DNA of 64,000 nt, taken from the NCBI GenBank assembly GCA_043754535.1, contig JAYUUN010000084.1, positions 1 to 64,000 on the forward strand. The letters run 5' to 3'. Made by a program: the position numbers and the translations under genes. The notes below the pieces were generated by a model. That model ran no database searches, was not told the origin of the DNA, and saw nothing but the letters and a program-made list of their open reading frames with translations. Below, one piece after another: positions 57,085 through 64,000 of this stretch (its first letter is position 1; each line of letters opens with the position of its first letter). Source of the DNA: Chloroflexota bacterium. Lineage in GTDB: Bacteria; Chloroflexota; Chloroflexia; QHBQ01.

Positions 57085-57208
57085 CGCTCTCTCCTCCTGA
57101 ATCATCTTGTGGGCTGTAGGTTGATTGGGCTGGCAGCTAGATTGTGGGGCAAGCGGACTGGCAATGCCATGCCCAACCCCAGCAATCTACGCGGCTAGCC
57201 CTGGTTGC

Positions 57209-58114
57209 TTAGGCGTTCGCTTCAGCGTACTGCTCGTCGGTTTCGGTTTCCTTGTTGTGGCGGTCGCGGCCAGCAGCGTTGTCTGCCATCTGGCTCTCAC
57301 GGCGGGCCTGACCTTCGAGGCAGGCATCGGCTAGCTTGGCGGTGATGATGCGGACGGCGCGGATTGCATCGTCGTTGCCAGGGATCGGGTAGGCGATCTC
57401 ATCGGGGTCAGAGTTGGTGTCGGCAATAGCGACGACCGGGATTTCGAGACGCAGAGCCTCAGCCATCACGATGCGCTCCTTGTGGGTATCCACCACGTAG
57501 ATCGCGTCGGGCATATCGCGCAGGTTGCGGATACCGCCGAGGATCAGGTTGAGATGGATGATCTCCTCGTCGAGGGCGGTTGCTTCCTTCTTCGGCAGCC
57601 GCTCAAACTCGCCACGAGCCTTGCGGGTTTCGAGGTCGGTCATGTGCTTGAGGCGGGTCTTGATCGTGGTGAAGTTGGTAAGCATCCCACCCAGCCAACG
57701 CTGATTGACGAAGAACATCCCGCAGCGTTCGGCTTCTTCCTTCACTGCATCCTGGGCCTGCTTCTTGGTGCCGACGAACAGCACCTTGCCGCCCCCGGCT
57801 ACCAGGTCTACGACGTACTTGTATGCGTCCTGCATCCCCTTGACCGTCTGCTGCAAGTCAATAATGTGGATGCCATTACGCTCGGTGAAGATGTAGGGGC
57901 GCATCTTGGGGTTCCACCGCTTGGTCTGATGACCGAAGTGTACGCCAGCTTCAAGCAGGCTTTTCATCGAAACGTTGGCGTTAATCGGCTGCTGGCCCAT
58001 CGCTAGCTGCTGCGGGGTAGGGGGGGGCGTGGGGGTTAGTTGGCCGGGGATGGGCGTGGGGGTTAGTTGGCCGGGGATGGGCGTGGCCGCGCCAGGGGTA
58101 ATACTAGCAGTCAT
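57209..58114 (-). CDS. rpsB: 30S ribosomal protein S2 with a Pro/Thr-rich N-terminal extension
   Basis: [24 protein letters not shown] and PGNDD motifs; AGGAG RBS before 58114. Confidence 0.97.
   Translation of the reverse strand: MTASITPGAATPIPGQLTPTPIPGQLTPTPPPTPQQLAMGQQPINANVSMKSLLEAGVHFGHQTKRWNPKMRPYIFTERNGIHIIDLQQTVKGMQDAYKYVVDLVAGGGKVLFVGTKKQAQDAVKEEAERCGMFFVNQRWLGGMLTNFTTIKTRLKHMTDLETRKARGEFERLPKKEATALDEEIIHLNLILGGIRNLRDMPDAIYVVDTHKERIVMAEALRLEIPVVAIADTNSDPDEIAYPIPGNDDAIRAVRIITAKLADACLEGQARRESQMADNAAGRDRHNKETETDEQYAEANA
58025..58086. repeat. Perfect 27-bp tandem repeat (2.3 copies) inside the rpsB 5' end
   Basis: gggcgtgggggttagttggccggggat at 58025 and 58052, partial copy at 58079. 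Confidence 0.9.
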
Positions 58115-58283
58115 GGTTTCTCCTATGTGTTAGACTTCCGCTCCGCTTCTACCTGCGCGGGAACCGGGCGTTTGGCGGGCAGATGATCGCGCATCCACGA
58201 GCCAAGCCACAGGGGTCACAGCCGTAGCAGTCGGCGGGCGTGTTGATTTGCGCCGCTAAGGGGCGGCACTGAATGTAATTATA
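58115..58283 (-). promoter_or_regulatory. rpsB promoter -10 and long leader, probable S2 autoregulatory RNA
   Basis: TATAAT at 58278-58283 on the minus strand; leader of about 155 nt; position matches known rpsB leaders. Confidence 0.5.
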
Positions 58284-58336
58284 ACAAATCTAGGGCGTAG
58301 GTGGCAAGTCCAGCCATTCATCTCTGGCTGCCCTGG

Positions 58337-59689
58337 TCACGGCAGCGGCTTGCCGATCACAATGATGCGGTGGGTAAAGGTAGTATAGGGCCAGCAGGTG
58401 ATCAGCGTCACCCGCTCGTCCACCGTCGGCGCACTAAACTGCGCATTGCTGGTGTGAACGGCTTCGCTAACCCCGGCTTCCTGCACCTTGTGCGTCTCCG
58501 TCACCACGTAGCGGCGTTCGCTACCATCGCTCATCAGAAAGCTGAAGCGGTCGCCCACCTGCGCCTGGTAGAGGTAGCGGAAGACCTCCCCCCGCCAGTT
58601 GTTGTGACCAGCATAGACGCTGTTGCCCCCCGCGCCGGGGTAGCTAGTGCTGTAGAGGTGGCCCGCTGCGAAGTCGGCCACCTGCCAGATGCCGCCTTCG
58701 ACATAGGTCTCCTTGAGCGGCGCATCAATCTGCACGCTGGGGAAGACCACCCGCAGCGGCAGCACTGGGGCCGCCAGCCGCCAGCCCTCACCCGCCGAGC
58801 CATACCGCCAGCCGTAGTAGTGCAGGCCAACATTGGTCATCTCTACCTGGAAGCCGGGCGCATTGCTGGGGGTGTAGCTGAGCATTCGCCGCTCGAAGGC
58901 CTGCACCAGCACATCGCGCTGCACGCCGCTGATGGTCGCCCGCAACCAATACGCCTCGCTGACGGGATAGCCCATCGTCGCCACCCAGTCTACCAACCCG
59001 TCGCTCTGCAACTCGCGGTTGCCCGGCCCGCTGAGGACGGCCCCACGCTGATTGAGGAAGGCCCAGAATGCGGCAGGGATGTTGTGCTGGGTGGAGGGCA
59101 GGTAGGCGGTCAGGCGGGTAGCGGCGGCGTAACGTTCTGCCAGCGGTGCGTTGGTTGCCACTGCACCGTTCGCTGCGAGCGTACTGGTTGCCAGTTGGCC
59201 GCGACGGTCGTTGGCTGCCAGCCCGCGCCCACCCGGCTGCACCGAGACCACCCCAGCCAGCGTCGCGTAGGAGGGAGCCGGGTTGCCTACCCCATCGCCC
59301 ACCACCGCCTGCCCAGCCGCAGCCCGCTGCGCGTAAGTTTCGGGGCCAGTCTGCACCAGCCCGCTGACCAACTCCATCAGCAGCCTGCCGTTCGCCACAA
59401 AGTAAGGGCTGTCGCGCGCGGCCAGGGGGTCGTTGATCTCCATCCGCCCCTTGTCGTAATACTCGACCAGCCGCGCCCCACCACCAAAAGGCTCATTCAG
59501 CCGCGCAAAAGGAGATGGCCCCCAGTACCAACTACGCGGCAATCCCCCAGCCACAAGCTGGTCGGTGCGCCCCCACAGCAGCCCAAATGCCCGATCAGTG
59601 GACACCCCGCCAACGGCACCCGCCCCCGCTGGTTGCAACAGCAAAACCGCCAGCACTACCAACGCCAGCCACCATCGCTTGATCGCCAC
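58337..59689 (-). CDS. Sortase fused to an N-terminal secreted domain
   Basis: Signal peptide; RSWYWGP, YYDKGRMEI and MGYPVSEAYW...QAFERR; C-terminal AGH...TLITC...R sortase triad. Confidence 0.9.
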   Translation of the reverse strand: MAIKRWWLALVVLAVLLLQPAGAGAVGGVSTDRAFGLLWGRTDQLVAGGLPRSWYWGPSPFARLNEPFGGGARLVEYYDKGRMEINDPLAARDSPYFVANGRLLMELVSGLVQTGPETYAQRAAAGQAVVGDGVGNPAPSYATLAGVVSVQPGGRGLAANDRRGQLATSTLAANGAVATNAPLAERYAAATRLTAYLPSTQHNIPAAFWAFLNQRGAVLSGPGNRELQSDGLVDWVATMGYPVSEAYWLRATISGVQRDVLVQAFERRMLSYTPSNAPGFQVEMTNVGLHYYGWRYGSAGEGWRLAAPVLPLRVVFPSVQIDAPLKETYVEGGIWQVADFAAGHLYSTSYPGAGGNSVYAGHNNWRGEVFRYLYQAQVGDRFSFLMSDGSERRYVVTETHKVQEAGVSEAVHTSNAQFSAPTVDERVTLITCWPYTTFTHRIIVIGKPLP

Positions 59690-59694
59690 GAACT

Positions 59695-60621
59695 CTACCC
59701 CATTTCCAATCTGGTTGTCACTGCTACCACTTCCCTACCAACTGCTACGCTGTCGCCTGCGCTCTGGTTCTCCGCCAGCGGTGAGGGCTGGCTAGCTGGC
59801 AGTTCGGGCAGCTTGCGCGTGGGCCGCCCCCGTCGCCGTACCGCTACCGCCCGCTCAAGTTCACGCAGCCGCGCCCAGGCCGGGGCGACATCCAGCACCT
59901 CTGCCGCGATGGTCAGCCGCAAGCGGGCGAGATAGTGATCGGCCTCGGTCAGCAGCCCAGCCGCCAATGCCACTCGTGCGCGTTCATAGCAGATACCCGC
60001 TGCACGCCGACGACGATCCGCCTCTAGACCCTGGCGCACCCGCTCCGCTACCGCTACGTCCAGGCTCAGCGTCGGCCAGTCGTCGGCGTGCAGGCCCACC
60101 CCACAGAGCAGATCAGCCGCCTCCGCCCACTGTTCGTGCCGCAGAGCCTCGCGTAGGCGGGCAGCAGGGAGGGGTGGCCGGGGAGCGCGCGCCCGCAGCA
60201 GGGCATCAACCTCCGCCTGCTCCCCCTCATCCAACAACTGTGTTGGGCCGTAGCAAGCCGCGATCAGGCGCGCCGTCGTCAGTAGCGGCCCGTCAGCCTC
60301 CTCGCGCTGCCGCTGCAAGGCTGCTTTGGCCCAGGCCAGACCAGCCGCCGCCTTCGCATGAGCAGGATTGTGCTGCAAGACCCGCCGCAGGTAGGCAGCC
60401 GACTGCGCGGGGTCGCGTACCAGCCCGGCCAGCCAGACCAACGCCTCCTCATGCTCGGCCTCACGCTCCACCACCTCGCTGAAGTAGTGGCGGGCTAGCA
60501 CACGATTGCGGGCCGCTACTGCCTGCCTGCCCAGCCGCAGCAGCGTTTCCACGTCTGCGCCGACCAGTCCGTTACCGTCCAACACCAGCGTCAACAACCT
60601 GTTCATCGAGAGTTGCGGCAT
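59695..60621 (-). CDS. Hypothetical TPR-like protein
   Basis: Helical-repeat pattern EEALVWLA...LRRVLQHNPAH. Confidence 0.65.
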   Translation of the reverse strand: MPQLSMNRLLTLVLDGNGLVGADVETLLRLGRQAVAARNRVLARHYFSEVVEREAEHEEALVWLAGLVRDPAQSAAYLRRVLQHNPAHAKAAAGLAWAKAALQRQREEADGPLLTTARLIAACYGPTQLLDEGEQAEVDALLRARAPRPPLPAARLREALRHEQWAEAADLLCGVGLHADDWPTLSLDVAVAERVRQGLEADRRRRAAGICYERARVALAAGLLTEADHYLARLRLTIAAEVLDVAPAWARLRELERAVAVRRRGRPTRKLPELPASQPSPLAENQSAGDSVAVGREVVAVTTRLEMG

Positions 60622-60749
60622 CAGCTTGTCTCCCCACCCTGATTATAGCACAACTTCAGCTAACTGTTGAGGTTTGCAGCACAGCAAAGGCGGCCACCTG
60701 AAGATGACCGCCCATACTGCTATCCTTTGGGGAAGATGCTACCCTTCGG

Positions 60750-61451
60750 TTAGCGTGCGCCGACGCTAGCTCCCTCGCGCTCGGTATCGAGGACTTCGCG
60801 GCTGCCCTCCTCAGGCTGCGGGTTTGCACCCGGCTGCATGTCGGTGGGCAGGTCGCGGGTGGACTTGATCACCTCGTCTACCAAGCCGAACTCTACCGCC
60901 TCCTCTGCGCTCATGTAGTGGTCGCGGTCGAAGTCCTTGCGGATGCGCTCCTCAGACTGGCCGGTGTGCTTCGCCATGATCTTGACCATGTTATCCTGAA
61001 TCCGCATCATCTCGCGGGCCTGAATCTGGATATCAGGATTGGAGCCGCCCATCTGGGTGATCAGGGCCGGGTGCTGGTGGATGGTGCTGTTCGTCAGGGC
61101 GTACCGCTTGCCCTTAGCTCCCGCGCAGAGCAGCACGGTTGCCATGCTTGCCGTCACGCCCAGGCAGAGGGTAGATACATCTGGCTGAATCCACTGCATG
61201 GTGTCGTAGATAGCCAGCCCAGAGTAGACGCTACCGCCGGGGCTGTTGATGTAGAGCAGGATATCGCGCTCCGGGTCTTCGTAGGTCAGAAAGAGCAACT
61301 GGGCAACGATCAGGTTGGCGACGTGATCATCAATCGCGGTGCTGATGAACACGATGCGGTCGCGCAGCAGCCGTGAGTAGATGTCGTAGGCACGCTCGCC
61401 CCGGTTGGTACTTTCGATCACCGTAGGGATGAGCAAGTTGTTGATAGGCAT
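60750..61451 (-). CDS. clpP: Clp protease proteolytic subunit
   Basis: [25 protein letters not shown] and DRDHYM motifs. Confidence 0.97.
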   Translation of the reverse strand: MPINNLLIPTVIESTNRGERAYDIYSRLLRDRIVFISTAIDDHVANLIVAQLLFLTYEDPERDILLYINSPGGSVYSGLAIYDTMQWIQPDVSTLCLGVTASMATVLLCAGAKGKRYALTNSTIHQHPALITQMGGSNPDIQIQAREMMRIQDNMVKIMAKHTGQSEERIRKDFDRDHYMSAEEAVEFGLVDEVIKSTRDLPTDMQPGANPQPEEGSREVLDTEREGASVGAR

Positions 61452-61594
61452 TCTGTTGTACCTTTCGCATTACCGCGCCGCCAGAAACAGCAGCGGGGAA
61501 GGGCTATTGACCAATAAACTACCATATATGTTGCGGCTACCTTGGTTCGTCCCCCGCCAGCCCCCTCCTTAAGGGAGAGGGCTGGGATGAGGGT

Positions 61595-63439
61595 CTAGAG
61601 GTCGTTGGCGATCTTCTCGGCGCGGTCGGTCTGGCCGCTGGTTGGCGCGTTCTCGTCCAGTTGCTCGTCGTCGCTAGAGGCCGCGGGAGCCTGGCGGGTC
61701 GCGCCGTCACTCTCGCCGCCAGCGGTCTGCTGTGCCTCAGCCAGTTGGTCAGGGGTCTGGGCATCAGCGGTGGCAGTGGTGTCCTGCGTCTCAGCCAAGC
61801 TAGCCTCGTCGCTGTCGCTGCTCAAGCTGGCAGCGGGCAGTTCGGGGGCGGTACCACTAGCAATGGCAATGATGCGATCTTCGATCTTGCGATTGAGCAA
61901 GCGGCTGCGGAGGCGGTCACGGGTCTCCTCGGTGTCGAACTGCTGACGCACCATCGAGCGGATCGCATTGTTGAGAAGGTCGTTGCTCTGGGCAGTCGGC
62001 GCAGTATCGTCGCTGGCGGCTTCCTCGCTGGTGGCTTCCTCGCTGGCGGCTGGCATTGCGTCCTGGGTTGAGGGGTCGGGGGTAAAGTCGGCAGGGAGGG
62101 TGGCGACCTCGCCTGGCGCGGCAGCCTCGGTGGCTTCGCTCTCGCTCTGCTCCGCGTCCTCTGTGTCGGCGGTCACATCGTCGTCCGAAAGGTCGGGATT
62201 GGCAAGGGCAGCGGTTTGAGCCTTGCTGTCGGCGATCACCGACTTGGTGGTGCTGTCGATCAGCGTGTCAAGCTCGGCTTCGATCTCCGCGTCGTCAACT
62301 TCGATCCCCTCAACCTCGGCCAGCCGCTCAACGAGCATTGCTACGCGGCTCTGGCGTTCGATGTCGGGGCGCATATCATCCTCAAGCTCCTTGCGGGTCT
62401 TGCCAGTGTACTGGAGGTACTGGTTGAGGTTAATTTTCTGCTCCTTCAGTTGCGCCTCCAGCCGCTTCATCCGCTCGTCAAGCTCCTCGCGCACCATTGA
62501 GGATGGTACTGGGAAGTCGGCACTCGCCATCATCTTCTCAAGGATTTGGTCGAGATGTGCCTCACGGCCCTGCGTCTCGCGGCGAGCCACAAGCTCGGTG
62601 CGGATGTTCTCGCGCATCGCAGCTTCATTGGCCAAACCCTGCTTGACAGCAATCGCACTCAGTTCGGGCCGCGTCCCCTCCTGCAACTCTACCAGCTTAA
62701 TATGGAAGGTAACATCGGCTCCACGTAGCTCCTCATTGCCATAGTCGTCGGGGAAGGTAGTAACAATATCCTTCTCGTCGCCCGGCTTCATGCCGACTAC
62801 CCCAGCCAGCAGGTCGGGCAGCACATCGCCACCCTCCTCCGCCGGGATCAGGTCAAGCACATCGTGCTGCACCTGGGCAGAAAGTGGCCCCTGAGCGGTA
62901 AAGCCCTGTACGTCCACGTGGGCGCGGTCGCCCATGCGGGCAGCCCGCTCCTCGGCGGGGAAGCTCCACTCGGTCGCCTCACCCACCAGTTGCTTGATCA
63001 CCCGTTCGATTTGGGTGTCGGTGATACTGGTGTCTGGTGCGTCTACCCGAATGTCGCGGTAATCAGCGGGCAGTTGGATGTCGGGCATTACCTCAAGGAT
63101 CACCCGGATAACGAAGGGATCAAGGCTTTTCATTTCGGCCTCTGGCTCGCCAACAGGCCGCAGGTTCGGCTCGCTGTCCAAGCCCTGCTTGAGGGCAGCA
63201 GGCATGAGGTCGTGCATTGCCTCATCCATCATCACCTCGCGGCCCACCACGCGCTCGACCATGTAGCGCGGAGCCTTGCCCCGCCGAAAGCCGGGGACGT
63301 TGACCTGGTTGACGAGGCGGCGGTAGACCTTGTCCATCGCCTTGTTAATCTGCTCGGCCTCGACTTCGATATCAAGGGCGACGCGGCTACCCTCCAGCCG
63401 CTCAGTAGTAGTCTTCAAATCTATGCTTCTCCCGTTCAC
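61595..63439 (-). CDS. tig: Trigger factor with an acidic insertion and tail
   Basis: VPGFRRGKAP ribosome-binding motif, FKBP-like FPDDY, located upstream of clpP. Confidence 0.93.
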   Translation of the reverse strand: MNGRSIDLKTTTERLEGSRVALDIEVEAEQINKAMDKVYRRLVNQVNVPGFRRGKAPRYMVERVVGREVMMDEAMHDLMPAALKQGLDSEPNLRPVGEPEAEMKSLDPFVIRVILEVMPDIQLPADYRDIRVDAPDTSITDTQIERVIKQLVGEATEWSFPAEERAARMGDRAHVDVQGFTAQGPLSAQVQHDVLDLIPAEEGGDVLPDLLAGVVGMKPGDEKDIVTTFPDDYGNEELRGADVTFHIKLVELQEGTRPELSAIAVKQGLANEAAMRENIRTELVARRETQGREAHLDQILEKMMASADFPVPSSMVREELDERMKRLEAQLKEQKINLNQYLQYTGKTRKELEDDMRPDIERQSRVAMLVERLAEVEGIEVDDAEIEAELDTLIDSTTKSVIADSKAQTAALANPDLSDDDVTADTEDAEQSESEATEAAAPGEVATLPADFTPDPSTQDAMPAASEEATSEEAASDDTAPTAQSNDLLNNAIRSMVRQQFDTEETRDRLRSRLLNRKIEDRIIAIASGTAPELPAASLSSDSDEASLAETQDTTATADAQTPDQLAEAQQTAGGESDGATRQAPAASSDDEQLDENAPTSGQTDRAEKIANDL

Positions 63440-63516
63440 AATTTAGCGTTAGGGCTATTATAACAAATAAGGGGCGCGTCTGGAAGTGGCAGGGCGTGTG
63501 AGGTGTGTTAGCGTGA

Positions 63517-63999
63517 TCAGCCCCGCTGCTTCTTCTCGCGCGGTGGCTCGCAGCCGCTGATCGCTAGCAGGTAGACCAGCGTCCCCACAACAAGGTAGAC
63601 CAGCGCAAACCATAAGTTGCCATCAACCTGCACGCTGAAGCCCGCTGCCTCGCTCAGGCGGATGCGGCCAGCTTTGACTGCCCGCTGCAACTGATCTTCG
63701 TCGGGGCGGTAGAGGATCGACCAGCCATTGGCGGCGGTGTAGGCGGCAACGACCCGTCCATCGCTGATCCCGGCAGCTACCAGCTTCTGACGATATGCCA
63801 ACCCACCTCGCGTCTCGGCTTGCTGCAAGGCAGCGCGTTCGTCGATCCTCCAAGCAGTGGGCTTAAACTTGCCGATCACCTGGGGGCTGGCTGCTACGGC
63901 CTTGCCAGGCCAACGTGGGTAATGACTGGCGACCGTATAGGTTTGACCGCCAACAGGCTGGTAGAAGGTATAGAGGTCACACTCTGGCGTGGCAAGGTT
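63517..63999 (-). CDS. 3' part of a hypothetical membrane protein entering from the right edge
   Basis: Frame stays open to the window edge; C-terminal TM followed by a basic tail. Confidence 0.55.
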   Translation of the reverse strand, partial: NLATPECDLYTFYQPVGGQTYTVASHYPRWPGKAVAASPQVIGKFKPTAWRIDERAALQQAETRGGLAYRQKLVAAGISDGRVVAAYTAANGWSILYRPDEDQLQRAVKAGRIRLSEAAGFSVQVDGNLWFALVYLVVGTLVYLLAISGCEPPREKKQRG

Positions 64000-64000
64000 G

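Noticed and set aside
58301..59935. Long plus-strand ORF of 544 aa, and similar shadow ORFs such as 46044-47201 and 54453-55574
   Set aside because: These are antisense to well-supported genes, which is typical of high-GC DNA, and show no motifs
61501..61540. CtsR or HrcA operator upstream of clpP
   Set aside because: Only a single GGTCAA half-site; no heptad repeat or CIRCE

Overview
This window is a GC-rich bacterial chromosome segment. Gene content and protein families point to phylum Chloroflexota, which is an inference. I saw no transposase, integrase, prophage, CRISPR array or rRNA gene. From 1 to 9.4 kb there is a coenzyme F420 island: cofD, cofC, cofE, three LLM and two PPOX F420-dependent oxidoreductases, two tandem DinB paralogues and a PPOX-nitroreductase (FbiE-like) fusion, with no Fo synthase in the window. 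The middle holds cell-envelope and glycosylation genes, an alkaline phosphatase operon with a 5 x 11-bp Pho-box-like array, recR, pdxST and lspA. It also holds a probable LexA-repressed operon encoding a SWIM zinc finger, an uncharacterised Whirly/PC4-like protein, SSB and RecD2. The right part has recN, tRNA-Sec, the rpsB-tsf-pyrH-frr-uppS-cdsA-rseP cluster without dxr, a sortase fusion, clpP and tig. The strongest candidate for a new system is the SOS operon at 17.0-21.3 kb. Other notable items are the PPOX-FbiE fusion and four intact genes for enzymes that have lost catalytic motifs (IspE, type II GAPDH, MqnA, CdsA). All product calls come from motif recognition by eye; no searches were run.
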